Translations under genes and position numbers: made by a program
Assembly: GCA_035430785.1 (NCBI GenBank)
Contig: DAOMHE010000002.1
Location: 1 to 38,723 of the forward strand
Source: Spirochaetota bacterium
GTDB lineage: Bacteria > Spirochaetota > UBA4802 > JAFGJZ01
Direction: 5' to 3'
Length of the DNA: 38,723 bases
The notes under the pieces: model-generated
Told to the model about the DNA's origin: nothing
The model's database searches: none
What the model saw: the letters and a program-made list of their open reading frames with translations, nothing else
Shown here: positions 1 through 9,384 of the stretch, piece by piece
Position numbering within the stretch: position 1 is the first letter of the stretch
Layout of the letters: each line of letters starts with the position of its first letter

Positions 1-156
1 GAACTGAATAACGGGAAATTGATAAGTACGACTTACATAAATCAAAATGAAAAACTTGAATGGGAATGCGAATTCGGTCATAGATTTAATCAATCATATG
101 AAAAGGTGAAATATAGAAATCGTTGGTGTCCGATTTGCAAAAAAAAATGTAAGTGA
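1..156 (+). CDS. C-terminal fragment of a zinc-ribbon-like protein (5' end outside window)
   Basis: Frame 1 is open from the window edge to TGA at 154-156. The tail ...KLEWECEFGHRFNQSYEKVKYRNRWCPICKKKCK has CxxxH ... CxxC spacing typical of a small zinc ribbon or treble clef. It is absent from the ORF track because it has no start in the window. Confidence 0.5.
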   Translation, partial: ELNNGKLISTTYINQNEKLEWECEFGHRFNQSYEKVKYRNRWCPICKKKCK

Positions 157-255
157 AATAAATAGCAAAGAATTGAATTTATGGTATGTTGAATATTAAC
201 GATAGTATGCTTATTGCTATTTAAGAATAGTAAGTTCATCTCCCTCATATAATTT

Positions 256-289
256 AAAAAGCCGGATGGGATGTCCGGCTTTTTGTTTT
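256..289. terminator. Bidirectional intrinsic terminator between the partial + gene and flaB1
   Basis: AAAAA-GCCGGAT-ggga(t)-GTCCGGC-TTTTTGTTTT. A 6-7 bp GC-rich stem is flanked by an A-run on one side and a T-run on the other, and it sits between convergent genes. Confidence 0.7.
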
Positions 290-313
290 GTGGTATTGCG
301 AAATTGGCTCAAG
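290..313 (+). repeat. Copy A of a short element shared with 19567-19590
   Basis: gtggtattgcgaaatTggctCaag matches gtggtattgcgaaatCggctGaag at 19567-19590 in 22 of 24 positions. The flanks also align loosely: a ccggatg hairpin upstream and ...attac downstream. Confidence 0.6.
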
Positions 314-329
314 CCAAAATTTAATGCGA

Positions 330-1178
330 TTACTGAAGAAGTCTGAGCACTCCCTGGCTCTTCTGATTCGCCTGTGCGAGCATCGATGTCGCAGCCTGCT
401 GGAGAATCTGATATCTTGTGAATGAAGACATCTGCTCTGCCATGTCTGTGTCTCTGATGCGGGATTCTGATGCCTGTGTATTTTCGTACGCGTTCATCAA
501 TCCTTTCGCTGCATGCTCGAGTCTGTTGTAATATGCTCCAAGGTCCGCTCTCTGTTTTGATATAATTCTAAGAGCTTCGTCTGCGAGTCCTATTACGCTG
601 TTTGCTTTGCCCGGAGTCGAGATCGATATAAATGTAAGCGTTGTAGGGTTTCTTAGTCCTAGAGCCGCTGTTGTCATTGTCTCGATAAATACTCTTTCTC
701 TCTGGTGCATGTTCGGACCCATGTGGAACCACATTGAAGCAGTCGGTCTGAGTCTTGCAAACGAACCTGTCAACAGTTTCATCTTGTTGAACTCGGCCTG
801 TGATGAAATACGGTCTACTTCATCGATAAGTTCAGATACTTCAACCTGTATCAGCTGACGGTCTTCAGGAGTATAAATTCCGTTTGCCGCCTGCACCGCA
901 AGTACACGTATACGCTGAATGATTCCGTGAGTTTCCTCAAGATAACCTTCTGCAGTCTGTATAAGACTCATGCCGTCTTCTGTGTTTCTTTCAGCCTGAC
1001 GAAGTCCCTGAATCTGTGATCTCATTTTTTCAGATACTGCAAGTCCGGATGCGTCATCTCCGGCCTTATTGATTCTCAAGCCTGATGAAAGCTTTTCGAT
1101 ATCGGAAGTGAGACTCCAGTCGTGAAACTTGAGTGTGCGATGTGCGAAAATCGCGCTGACGTTGTGATTGATAATCAT
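330..1178 (-). CDS. flaB: Flagellar filament core protein FlaB (flagellin), paralog 1
   Basis: 282-aa ORF. The N-terminus [42 protein letters not shown] and the C-terminus [13 protein letters not shown]...SMLAQANQ are the conserved flagellin D0/D1 helices in the short spirochaete FlaB format. An AAGGAGG SD lies 6 nt upstream of the ATG. Confidence 0.95.
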   Translation of the reverse strand: MIINHNVSAIFAHRTLKFHDWSLTSDIEKLSSGLRINKAGDDASGLAVSEKMRSQIQGLRQAERNTEDGMSLIQTAEGYLEETHGIIQRIRVLAVQAANGIYTPEDRQLIQVEVSELIDEVDRISSQAEFNKMKLLTGSFARLRPTASMWFHMGPNMHQRERVFIETMTTAALGLRNPTTLTFISISTPGKANSVIGLADEALRIISKQRADLGAYYNRLEHAAKGLMNAYENTQASESRIRDTDMAEQMSSFTRYQILQQAATSMLAQANQKSQGVLRLLQ

Positions 1179-1184
1179 TCTATT

Positions 1185-1219
1185 CCTCCTTGAATATTAC
1201 CGTTATCATCCGTGATAAC
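1185..1219 (-). promoter_or_regulatory. flaB1 leader: hairpin presenting GGA in its loop, plus a GGA-containing SD (CsrA-type two-site layout)
   Basis: On the gene strand: GTTATCA-cGGA-TGATAAC, a perfect 7-bp stem at 1202-1219. After 10 nt comes AAGGAGG (1185-1191), then the ATG. Confidence 0.4.
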
Positions 1220-1508
1220 TGAGAATTCCTTATTGTCATATAAAGAGTCGGTGTTATTGAATAATCCTTTAATGATAATTAGGGTTCATTATTGGCGATT
1301 ATAGGCAGAAAAACAAAAATATGACATCAAAATGTGCATTTTGCATAGCAAAATCAAAAAAGATATAAAACTTAGTTTTTATTGTTGAATACCGAGCTTC
1401 CTTTTAATCCTATGTCTTTGTCCGGGCTGTTTTAGGCTTTTCTTCTATTAAATGCGGAAAAACAACGGTTCTGATTCAGTTTCAAAAATAATGAATTTAA
1501 GGTGAGTT

Positions 1509-4037
1509 ATGTTTGGTCGGAAATTCGGCGGCAAAGCGAAATTGAGTATGATTCGGATTCCCTCGTTTTTAACGAGATTGTCCTTTCCGGAGATTCATAT
1601 TCCGACTTTTGACACCGTTCTTGGTTTTATTCTTAATTTTAATTTCCAGAAAAATAAGCGCCGTATAATTATAGCTCTCAGTGCGTGCGCGTTTATTTTT
1701 ACGGTATTTATAGTCGCGGATTTCATGAAGGTGAGAGCCCTCGCTGAATATACGCCTGAAACAACCACCAAGCTTTATGATAAAAACGGAATTCTGATTT
1801 CCGAACTTTTCCGCCAGAAAAGAGATGTTGTTCCTTATACCAATATGCCTAAAAACCTGGTCAACGCATTCGTCGCCATGGAAGATAATGATTTCTACGA
1901 TCATATTGGAATAAATCCCAAGGCCATCGTCCGCGCGATGCTTGTGAATATCTCATCATTCAGCATCAAGCAGGGCGGAAGTACAATAACTCAGCAGCTT
2001 GCCAAGGTTTTGATGACTTCGGGCAAGCGTACAATATTCAGAAAAGTCAAAGACGTCTTTCTCGCTCTGATGATCGAAGCCTTTTATGATAAAGACAAGA
2101 TCATGGAGCTGTATCTGAATCAGATCTTCCTGGGTCATGACACCTACGGAGTTGAAGCCGCTTCGCAGCTGTATTTTAAAAAGCATGTAAAGGATCTTAA
2201 TCTCGCGGAATGCGCTCTTCTTTCGACTCTTCCTTCGGCGCCGAATCTTTATTCCCCGATTAAAAATATCAAGCGTTCCAGACAGATGCATATCATTGCT
2301 CTCGCTAAAATGGCCGATCTCGGCTATATCACTGTTAAAGAAGCCGAAGATGCTTATAATGAATTCTGGCCGGAATACAGTTATGAAATAAGCGATGTTT
2401 CGCCGAGTATAAGTTCGTGGTCGGAACGAATAGACAAAGCGCCTTGGTTTACCGAGTATGTGCGCCGCCAGCTTCTCAAGGAAATGACAGAAGAGGAACT
2501 CTATTCGGGCGGACTATCAGTTTACACTACGCTTGATCTTTCTAAGCAGCTTGCGGCGAATGAAGTTATGGAATCGGCTTTGCGTCAGCAGAATGCTGTT
2601 TCAACCAATCTGCTTTTTTTCAAAGAAGATGTTATTACAGAACAGTTTGCCGCAGAAGCGGAAATGTTTACATTGCTTTTCGATCTGAATTCAATTTCAA
2701 ACAAAGGTTCACTTGAAGGCAAGAAAATCAACGATGCATTCAAACAGGATGCACTTGACGAAATAGAAATTATCAATTTTTTCCTCGGAAGCGACAACAT
2801 GGGGGAAACCTTTTCTGAATATAAGTTCAACAACTTTCAGGATAAGGATTTCTTGAAGGTTCAGGGCGCACTCATTTCTGTTAACCAGTCTAACGGATAT
2901 ATCGAAGCGATGATCGGCGGAAGCACTTTTGAAAGACAGAATCAGCTGAACCGTGCAGTTCAGTCATATCGTCAGCCGGGTTCTTCAATCAAGCCTTTGC
3001 TTTATGCCGCGGCTTTTGAAAAGGGAGACTTTTCACCTGCATCATCTTTCTTCGATTCACCGGCATTTTATATGGATAATGAGGGCGGCGACTGGACTCC
3101 TGAAAACTACGAGGGCGGCTATAACGGGATGATGACTCTGCGCCGTGCTCTCGCGATGTCGATTAACGTAATCTCCGTTAAGCTTGCCGAATCAATCGGA
3201 ATACAAAACGTAATGGATTATTATGCGTCTTTTTTCGGCATGGACAAACAAAGCGCGAAGAGAAGAATTCCAAGAAATTTTTCCATTGCACTTGGTTCAA
3301 TAGATGTGACTCCGCTTGAAATTACCTGCGCATATGGTGCTATTGCCAACGGCGGTATGGAAGTTCTTCCTTACGGAATCAGATACATAAAAGACCGCGA
3401 CAAGAAGATAATTAAAGACTATGAAGCCGAGATGAAAAAGAAATTTGAAAACCGCAGGCGCATAATTGAACCTGCGACTTCGCAGATAATGATAAGCATG
3501 CTGCAGAGTACTATTAACTCGGGAACCGGTGCCGGAGCCAATCCTGGACGTCCTGCGTGCGGTAAAACGGGGACTACGAGCGGCTGGCGCGATGCGTGGT
3601 TCGTGGGTTTTACACCTGAAGTTACAACTGCGATATGGTTCGGTTATGATACTCAGGGTATTTCTCTCGGTGTTGGGCAGACAGGAGGCGGAATAGCTGC
3701 GCCGACATGGGGCAGATACATGCGTCAGGCTCTCAGCCGTTATCCGGTTACAGGTTTCCCTGAGTTTGCCGGACTTGAAACAATGGAAGTCTGCGCCTTC
3801 AGCGGAATGAAACCGACAGATGACTGCAAGGAAATTATAAAAGAGGTTTTTATTCCAGGAAAGACACCGAAAGAAGACTGCAAATTCTGTGCTGACCGAA
3901 ACAACGGATATAATCTCAATATAAAGGGGCCGAAGGAAAGTATTGTTGAAAAAAATAAAAATGAAATCAACAGCGGAATAAAATCCTTGAAGGGTGATAA
4001 GATTCTTGATAATATCGGTGAAGACTTACTTAAATAA
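1509..4037 (+). CDS. Class A penicillin-binding protein (PBP1A-type bifunctional transglycosylase/transpeptidase)
   Basis: 842 aa with an N-terminal TM segment. The GT51 motifs are EDNDFYDHIGIN, GGSTITQQLAK and RKVKD. The transpeptidase motifs are QPGSSIKP (SxxK), SIN (SxN) and KTGTT. An AAGGTGA SD precedes the ATG at 1509. Confidence 0.92.
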   Translation: MFGRKFGGKAKLSMIRIPSFLTRLSFPEIHIPTFDTVLGFILNFNFQKNKRRIIIALSACAFIFTVFIVADFMKVRALAEYTPETTTKLYDKNGILISELFRQKRDVVPYTNMPKNLVNAFVAMEDNDFYDHIGINPKAIVRAMLVNISSFSIKQGGSTITQQLAKVLMTSGKRTIFRKVKDVFLALMIEAFYDKDKIMELYLNQIFLGHDTYGVEAASQLYFKKHVKDLNLAECALLSTLPSAPNLYSPIKNIKRSRQMHIIALAKMADLGYITVKEAEDAYNEFWPEYSYEISDVSPSISSWSERIDKAPWFTEYVRRQLLKEMTEEELYSGGLSVYTTLDLSKQLAANEVMESALRQQNAVSTNLLFFKEDVITEQFAAEAEMFTLLFDLNSISNKGSLEGKKINDAFKQDALDEIEIINFFLGSDNMGETFSEYKFNNFQDKDFLKVQGALISVNQSNGYIEAMIGGSTFERQNQLNRAVQSYRQPGSSIKPLLYAAAFEKGDFSPASSFFDSPAFYMDNEGGDWTPENYEGGYNGMMTLRRALAMSINVISVKLAESIGIQNVMDYYASFFGMDKQSAKRRIPRNFSIALGSIDVTPLEITCAYGAIANGGMEVLPYGIRYIKDRDKKIIKDYEAEMKKKFENRRRIIEPATSQIMISMLQSTINSGTGAGANPGRPACGKTGTTSGWRDAWFVGFTPEVTTAIWFGYDTQGISLGVGQTGGGIAAPTWGRYMRQALSRYPVTGFPEFAGLETMEVCAFSGMKPTDDCKEIIKEVFIPGKTPKEDCKFCADRNNGYNLNIKGPKESIVEKNKNEINSGIKSLKGDKILDNIGEDLLK

Positions 4038-4049
4038 TTGAGAGGGGAC

Positions 4050-4595
4050 ATGCTCAGAGATTCTTTTTTGATGATAATAGATATGCAGGAAAAACTTGTT
4101 CCGGCAATGAATCAGCCTGATCTTCAGGAAGCTGTTTCAAACATTCAGATGCTTGTTGCTGCTTATGCGAAATTTGATATTCCGGTTATTGCGACAGAAC
4201 AGTATCCTAACGGTGTAGGTTCTACGATAAAGAAATTAAAAACCTCCGAAGGTTTTGACAAAGTACGCATTATGGAAAAAATTCACTTTGATTCGCTCAA
4301 AGAGAGTTCAATTAATGACGCAGTAAAAAAGCTCAATAGAAAAAAAGCCGTTATCTGCGGCATTGAATCGCATATATGTATTTATCAGACAGCTCTTTCA
4401 TTTCTTGCGGAAGGTTATGAGACCTATGTCGTTGCAGATGCTGTAGCTTCAAGAAACTCAAAAAGTATGGAGTATGCTCTGAATTCACTTGTTTCTGAAG
4501 GGATCAAAGTTCTTCCGGCTGAGTCAATTCTTTTTATGCTTATAGAACGTGCGGGCTGTGAAGATTTCAAATTCATTCACCGCATTATTCGATAA
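4050..4595 (+). CDS. Isochorismatase-family cysteine hydrolase
   Basis: LMIIDMQEKL (the D of the catalytic triad), ...KKAVICGIESHICIYQTAL (the conserved Cys), and VADAVASR. The track ORF starts at TTG 4038. I prefer ATG 4050, which is preceded by GAGAGGGGA. Confidence 0.85.
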   Translation: MLRDSFLMIIDMQEKLVPAMNQPDLQEAVSNIQMLVAAYAKFDIPVIATEQYPNGVGSTIKKLKTSEGFDKVRIMEKIHFDSLKESSINDAVKKLNRKKAVICGIESHICIYQTALSFLAEGYETYVVADAVASRNSKSMEYALNSLVSEGIKVLPAESILFMLIERAGCEDFKFIHRIIR

Positions 4596-4638
4596 TTTTC
4601 TTGACGGAAAATGCACTGAATTATATCAAGTATCCATC

Positions 4639-4722
4639 GCCCAGGTGGTGGAATTGGTAGACACACTAGCTTGAGGGGCTAGCGGAAGTTCTTCTGTACG
4701 AGTTCGAATCTCGTCCTGGGCA
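4639..4722 (+). tRNA. tRNA-Leu (anticodon GAG), type II with long variable arm; CCA not encoded
   Basis: - Acceptor stem: GCCCAGG/CCTGGGC plus discriminator A.
- D stem: 3 bp, GTG..CAC.
- Anticodon stem: CTAGC/GCTAG with loop TTGAGGG (U33, anticodon GAG, G37).
- Variable arm hairpin: GGAA-gttc-TTCT.
- T arm: ACGAG-TTCGAAT-CTCGT. Confidence 0.92.
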
Positions 4723-4727
4723 CAAAA

Positions 4728-4757
4728 GGATCGCGAAAGCGGTCCTTTTCTTTTTTT
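4728..4757 (+). terminator. Intrinsic terminator after tRNA-Leu
   Basis: GGATCGC-gaaa-GCGGTCC followed by TTTTCTTTTTTT. Confidence 0.65.
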
Positions 4758-4826
4758 ATTCTGCAACATTATCCAATACATTTTAACACCGATGTCATAA
4801 GTTTTTCTAATCAAAAGGAGGAACTC

Positions 4827-5192
4827 ATGAAAACCGATTTATCAAAAATTATCACATCAACAGGCATGAATGAAAATGATTCATGGAATCCGCATCCGTC
4901 ATTTGACGGAGTTTATATGCGTAATCTCATCACATCCAAAGACAGCGGAGGAAAAATAAGCTGTCATATAGTACGACTTGAACCCGGTGCTGAACTTAAA
5001 CCTCATATGCATGAAGGGAAAAGTGAAACTCATGAAGTCCTTGCCGGCAGCGGAATATTTAATCTTGCCGGCAGTGACTATTCTTACGAGAAAGGTGTCG
5101 CAGCTTTTATACCTGAAGATACCATTCACTCTGTAAAAGCCGGTAATGACGGAATAATACTTCTTGCAAAATTTGTTCCGCCTCTTAATTAG
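4827..5192 (+). CDS. Cupin-domain protein
   Basis: 121 aa. The pattern G..L.PHMHEG..ETHEVL.G.G......Y......FIPEDTIHSV is a cupin_2 two-motif metal site. An AAGGAGGA SD is present. Confidence 0.8.
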   Translation: MKTDLSKIITSTGMNENDSWNPHPSFDGVYMRNLITSKDSGGKISCHIVRLEPGAELKPHMHEGKSETHEVLAGSGIFNLAGSDYSYEKGVAAFIPEDTIHSVKAGNDGIILLAKFVPPLN

Positions 5193-5197
5193 GAGGA

Positions 5198-5902
5198 ATG
5201 AGTCTTAAAGAGGATGAAGTATATTTTTCGGGAAAGGATCATAACTTTCCCCTTCATATTCATGAAAGAATTATTGCCGGTTTTGTTTCATCCGGCAAAG
5301 TAATTCTTTCCTTTGAAGAGGAATCCTATGAGCTTTCTTCCGGTGATGCTTATATAATTTTTCCTTTTACTCCGCATAGTGCGAAGACGTTTGATGATGC
5401 CGCAATTGTTGTTATAACCTTCGCACAAAATTCGGATATGTTATGCCGGACACGCAAGAAGTATCTAATATTAAAGGATATTGCCGGAAAATATCCTTCA
5501 ATATATAAGAATAACTTACCTGATGCCGCACTCATCGAGAAAATATTGATTGAACAGGCTGAACCGTCATACTCATCCAAGGAGACGGATTCTGAAAGAA
5601 TCCGGAATATAATCAGTGAAAACTATTCAGAAAAAAATACGCTTGAAGACGTGAGCGTTTGCGGAAAATCTAGGTTTTCGGTACTCAGGTGTTTTAGAAG
5701 AGATTTCGGTGTGACGCCTTCAGTCTATCATATTCTTGTGCGTATACGTAAGGCAAAGGCAATGATGCTTGACGGCAGAAGCCTCATCGAGACTGCGCTT
5801 GACTGCGGTTTTTGCGATCAGAGTCATTTTAACAGGACATTTAAAAAATATACAGGTCTTACTCCTGAAGAATTCAGGAATAAGACCATGAGAAGCAATT
5901 AA
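5198..5902 (+). CDS. AraC-family transcriptional regulator (N-terminal cupin-like sensor, C-terminal HTH)
   Basis: The C-terminus ...IETALDCGFCDQSHFNRTFKKYTGLTPEEFR is the AraC HTH signature. The N-terminus is AraC-binding/cupin-like (HIHERIIAGFV). The AGGAGG lies unusually close (1 nt) to the ATG. Confidence 0.85.
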   Translation: MSLKEDEVYFSGKDHNFPLHIHERIIAGFVSSGKVILSFEEESYELSSGDAYIIFPFTPHSAKTFDDAAIVVITFAQNSDMLCRTRKKYLILKDIAGKYPSIYKNNLPDAALIEKILIEQAEPSYSSKETDSERIRNIISENYSEKNTLEDVSVCGKSRFSVLRCFRRDFGVTPSVYHILVRIRKAKAMMLDGRSLIETALDCGFCDQSHFNRTFKKYTGLTPEEFRNKTMRSN

Positions 5903-6882
5903 TTCTTTTCTTTGATATTTGCGGTTTCTTTGACGTAGTAGAGTTCTTTTCCTTCTGTTTCATGATAAATACGGATAAGAATTTCAGCCTGAATTCCCAT
6001 CAAAATCATAATTACACTTAGAAGAAAGAGTATTGATGAAAGCATGAGAAGCGGATTTCCGGTCATGTTCATTCCCTTGAAATATTTCATGAGAATTGTT
6101 CCTGCAAGCGACATGATGCTTAGAAGAAATACTCCGAGAGCGACTCCGCCGTAAAGATAAATCGGCTTGGTTGCGTACGAACTCATAAACTTAACTGTTA
6201 TAAGATCAAGAAGCACCTTGAGAGTTCTCTGTATTCCGTATTTTGATTTTCCGAACTGACGTGCGTGGTGTTTTACCGGAATTTCAATTATTTTTGCGCC
6301 GACCCACGAAGCATGAATCGGAATGAAACGGTGCATTTCGCCGTACAGGCGCACTTTTTTCAGGACTTCGGCACGGTATCCCTTTAGAGAACATCCCAGA
6401 TCGTGAAGAGGAACGCCGCTGACTTTTGCTATAAGGCGGTTTGCAATTTTTGAAGGAATCTTTCTTGAAATCATTTTGTCTTTGCGGAACTTTCTCCAAC
6501 CGCTGACTACGTCGTATCCTTCTTCAATTTTTTCAAGTACGGTCTTTATGTCAGACGGATCATTCTGCAGATCCGAATCCATAAATACTATTATTTCACC
6601 TTCGGAAAAATCAATTCCGGCTGCCATAGCAGCGGTCTGTCCGAAATTGCGTCTGAATTTAACAAGTTTTACATTTTTGTCTTTTGCCGCAATCTTTGAA
6701 AGAATTGAGTATGAGTTATCACGGCTTCCATCGTCGACAAAGATTACTTCATAAGTTTTTTTAATTGAATTCAGATTTTCTCTGATCTTCTGATACTGCA
6801 TTTCGATATTTTCTTCTTCATTATAAACAGGAAGAACAACCGAAAGATATGTTTTCTTTTTAACTGTTTTTTTAGGAGGCAT
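5899..6882 (-). CDS. Family 2 glycosyltransferase, polyprenyl-phosphate sugar transferase type (GtrB/ArnC/DPM1-like)
   Basis: LSVVLPVYNEEENI, FVDDGSRDNS, AAGIDFSEGEIIVFMDSDLQNDP (DxD), and two C-terminal TM helices. This is the typical 320-aa GtrB/ArnC layout. Confidence 0.85.
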   Translation of the reverse strand: MPPKKTVKKKTYLSVVLPVYNEEENIEMQYQKIRENLNSIKKTYEVIFVDDGSRDNSYSILSKIAAKDKNVKLVKFRRNFGQTAAMAAGIDFSEGEIIVFMDSDLQNDPSDIKTVLEKIEEGYDVVSGWRKFRKDKMISRKIPSKIANRLIAKVSGVPLHDLGCSLKGYRAEVLKKVRLYGEMHRFIPIHASWVGAKIIEIPVKHHARQFGKSKYGIQRTLKVLLDLITVKFMSSYATKPIYLYGGVALGVFLLSIMSLAGTILMKYFKGMNMTGNPLLMLSSILFLLSVIMILMGIQAEILIRIYHETEGKELYYVKETANIKEKN

Positions 6883-6933
6883 ATGTTTTCCTTTTAATTA
6901 CAGACGGGCAGGACCCGTCCGTAATGCTGTTTA

Positions 6934-8889
6934 TTATTTTGCTCCGAGCATTTTAGCATAATCTTCTGTGATTGTAAAGGCTTCGCGGAGAAAAATGTCC
7001 TTTGCTGCATCGAATACTTTTTCATCCTTGCTTTTTTCTTCCGATATCTTTCTGATATCATCTTCAACAGCTTCTGCCTTTGCGTCTTTTTTCAGGCTGA
7101 CTCTTTTTGCGGAGAGAACAGTTTTGTATTCTTCAATTTTTTTGTTCAGATCCTGAAATTCCTTATCGGCCTTGATTCTTCTTTCAGAATTTCTCTTCAG
7201 CATTGAAAGTGTTGCAGGAGTCAGATATTTATTTGCTACCGAACGGTATTCGGCCTTTTTAATCGGCTGCCATGCGAGAGGATATTTCATCTTGCTTTCA
7301 TCGAAATCAAAGACTTCCATAAGATCAGGAATCTTAATGTCAGCTTCGATACCGTTTAGGTTGTTTGAAGTTCCTGAAGGCTGATAAAAAATCTGAATGG
7401 TAACTTTAATTGCCCCGGTAGAATCGAAGCTTCTTAGATCCTGAACAGTTCCTTTTCCGAAAGTTCTTGATGAACCGAGGATTATTCCGCGGCCGTAATC
7501 TTTTATTGCGCCTGCAAAAATTTCAGACGCACTCGCGCTTCCTTTGTCTATAAGCACCGTTAAAGGTCCGTCATAGTAAATGTTTGAATCTTCATCTTTA
7601 TGAATATCTATATTGTCGCTGTATTTTACCTGAAGAACCGGACCGCTCTTTATGAAAAGACCAACGGCTCTGACTGCCTCGGCAAGAGATCCGCCCGGAT
7701 TCCCTCTGAGGTCGACAACTATTCCTTTGACTTTCTGCTTCTGAAGTTCAACAAGAGCATTGTACAAATCCTGTGAACAGTATTTGCTTCCTTCTTTTAC
7801 GGGTGCATAAAATTCCGGAAACTTGATGTATCCGATTTTTCCGTTTTTGCCGTTATAAACATCATATTTGATTTCTTTATCTTTGAGTGCAACAGTATCT
7901 CTTACTATCGGAATGATAACGGTTTTTTCCTGCTTGGTTTGCGGATCTGTTCTTACAACGGTGAGAACTACTTTAGTTCCTTTCTTTCCTCTTATTTTTG
8001 TTACAGCCTTTGAAAGCGGAATATCTATAACTTCTTCCGGTTCGTCGCTTCCCTGTGCAACGGCGATTATTTTATCATTAACCTTTAGCGCAGCAGCTTC
8101 GGGAAGTTTTGACGCCGGTCCGCCTTTGATGATGGATTCTACGAAAACAAATCCGTCTTCAGATCTCAAAACCGCACCGATTCCCGAGAGCTGAAGTTCC
8201 ATGGATATTCTGAAATCCTGAAATTCTTCAGGCGTCAGATAGTTTGTGTGCGGATCGAGAGCCATACAGAACATGTTTAAATAAATAGAAAATATTCTGT
8301 CCTTTGAAAAATCTTCGTTTTCTTTTTTGACGGTATTGTATTTTTTTGAAAGCTTCTCTCTTGCGTCGTCAAGACTTTTGCCGGTCTTCATGTAGTTCAG
8401 AAGCTGGTATTTGACGAAAATGCGCCATCTTTCATTAAGTTCTTTTTCATCCGAGCAGTAGGCGAGTTTTTCGCGGTCAAGGTCAATATATTCATCAACA
8501 TCAAAATTATGATCGGCTTTTACAAGCTCGTCAAAATATTTCATCCGTTCGGTAAATCTTTTTGTGAATGTCGCAAAAATTTTGTTTAAAAATGTATAAT
8601 CTTTTGAAGCGGTGTAATCATCGAGATTATTCTTATCTTTCATAAATTCGTCTATGTCCGACTGGTGGAAATAGAGTTTAGATGAATCGAGATATGAAAG
8701 CATTAGATTCAGTGTGCGTTCCGAAATTTCATCATTGAAACTATGCTGGGAAACGTGCATTGAAAGAATGCGGTTCATCAGCGGCATAATATCACCCTGA
8801 TTGAGTTTTTCGGCGCGTGATCCGCAGCCGAAAACAAACAGCAGAGTAAAAAGTGTTATCGAAGCGGTTCGCTTGAAAATTTTGTTCAT
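6934..8889 (-). CDS. S41 C-terminal processing (tail-specific) protease, probable lipoprotein
   Basis: 651 aa. The signal peptide ends in FVFGC. There is a PDZ region (GIGAVLRSEDGFVFVESIIKGGPASK), and the S41 catalytic region has RGNPGGSL and GSASASEIFAGAIKD (Ser/Lys dyad context). Confidence 0.88.
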   Translation of the reverse strand: MNKIFKRTASITLFTLLFVFGCGSRAEKLNQGDIMPLMNRILSMHVSQHSFNDEISERTLNLMLSYLDSSKLYFHQSDIDEFMKDKNNLDDYTASKDYTFLNKIFATFTKRFTERMKYFDELVKADHNFDVDEYIDLDREKLAYCSDEKELNERWRIFVKYQLLNYMKTGKSLDDAREKLSKKYNTVKKENEDFSKDRIFSIYLNMFCMALDPHTNYLTPEEFQDFRISMELQLSGIGAVLRSEDGFVFVESIIKGGPASKLPEAAALKVNDKIIAVAQGSDEPEEVIDIPLSKAVTKIRGKKGTKVVLTVVRTDPQTKQEKTVIIPIVRDTVALKDKEIKYDVYNGKNGKIGYIKFPEFYAPVKEGSKYCSQDLYNALVELQKQKVKGIVVDLRGNPGGSLAEAVRAVGLFIKSGPVLQVKYSDNIDIHKDEDSNIYYDGPLTVLIDKGSASASEIFAGAIKDYGRGIILGSSRTFGKGTVQDLRSFDSTGAIKVTIQIFYQPSGTSNNLNGIEADIKIPDLMEVFDFDESKMKYPLAWQPIKKAEYRSVANKYLTPATLSMLKRNSERRIKADKEFQDLNKKIEEYKTVLSAKRVSLKKDAKAEAVEDDIRKISEEKSKDEKVFDAAKDIFLREAFTITEDYAKMLGAK

Positions 8890-9072
8890 TAGTTCCCCCG
8901 TTTATTGCAGTTATTGAGATTCCTTAAAAAGCGTCTTTTCGTCAATAAATATTTCGTATTGCACTAGCGGACTTATAAGTGAAAGCTTAATCAATGACGA
9001 AAAGATTACAAAAATGATTTGATTATATTCGCGCATGAAATAAAATCATTATCTATTAGTTTCGGAGGAACA

Positions 9073-9384
9073 ATGATTGTTACACTGGTAAATGTCTGGG
9101 TTAAAAAAGACCACCTGGACGATTTTATAAATGCTACGGTTGAAAACCACACTCATTCGGTGATGGAAGAGGGTAATCTCCGCTTTGATGTGCTTAGGAA
9201 TAATTCCGATCCCTGCCGCTTTACATTATATGAAGCATATGAATCTGAGGCTGCTGCGGCAAAACATAAGGAAACCGCTCATTATCTTAAATGGCGTGAC
9301 GCGGTAGCTCCGTGGATGGAAAAACCGCGGGAAGGTGTATCGCATTCGGTAATAATGCCTTCTGATAAAAAGGGATGGAAATGA
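9073..9384 (+). CDS. ABM (antibiotic biosynthesis monooxygenase) fold protein, LsrG-like
   Basis: MIVTLVNVWVKKDHLDDFI....H..SVMEEGNLRFDVL......RF.LYEAY......A.HK.T.HY closely follows the E. coli LsrG sequence as I recall it (MHVTLVEINV...QEEGNLRFDVLQ...FYIYEAYKD). The start is set at ATG 9073 behind GGAGGA rather than the track start at 9019. Confidence 0.7.
   Translation: MIVTLVNVWVKKDHLDDFINATVENHTHSVMEEGNLRFDVLRNNSDPCRFTLYEAYESEAAAAKHKETAHYLKWRDAVAPWMEKPREGVSHSVIMPSDKKGWK

Noticed and set aside
160-222. A 9-bp inverted repeat, AAATAGCAA ... TTGCTATTT, with a 45-nt loop downstream of the partial first ORF.
   Set aside because: The stem is AT-rich and weak, the loop is long, and a strong terminator follows immediately. 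There is no support for a function.
607-858. The track lists many 60-130 aa ORFs nested in or antisense to long genes. Examples are 607-858, 1569-1904, 1956-2291, 6284-6499, 9528-9857, 11340-11732, 22600-22809, 27633-28034, 31702-31977, 32790-33113 and 36138-36455.
   Set aside because: Each lies wholly inside a much longer ORF that has clear family signatures. Their translations are low-complexity or Arg/Ser/Leu-rich, as expected for antisense frames. None has a convincing SD.
5899-5902. The convergent AraC and GT2 genes overlap by 4 nt at their stop codons (AATTAATT), leaving no room for terminators.
   Set aside because: The overlap is real but common in compact genomes. It shows no further structure and is not informative by itself.
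6903-6919. The hairpin GACGGG-cagga-CCCGTC between the protease and GT2 genes, considered as a terminator.
   Set aside because: On the transcribed (minus) strand it is followed by TGTAATTAAAAGG rather than a U-tract. It is more likely a processing or stability hairpin within a bicistronic transcript.
7163-7170. An exact sigma28 -10 octamer, GCCGATAA, on the minus strand.
   Set aside because: It lies inside the S41 protease coding sequence. No TAAA-like -35 sits at 13-16 nt. One or two such octamers are expected by chance in a window this size.
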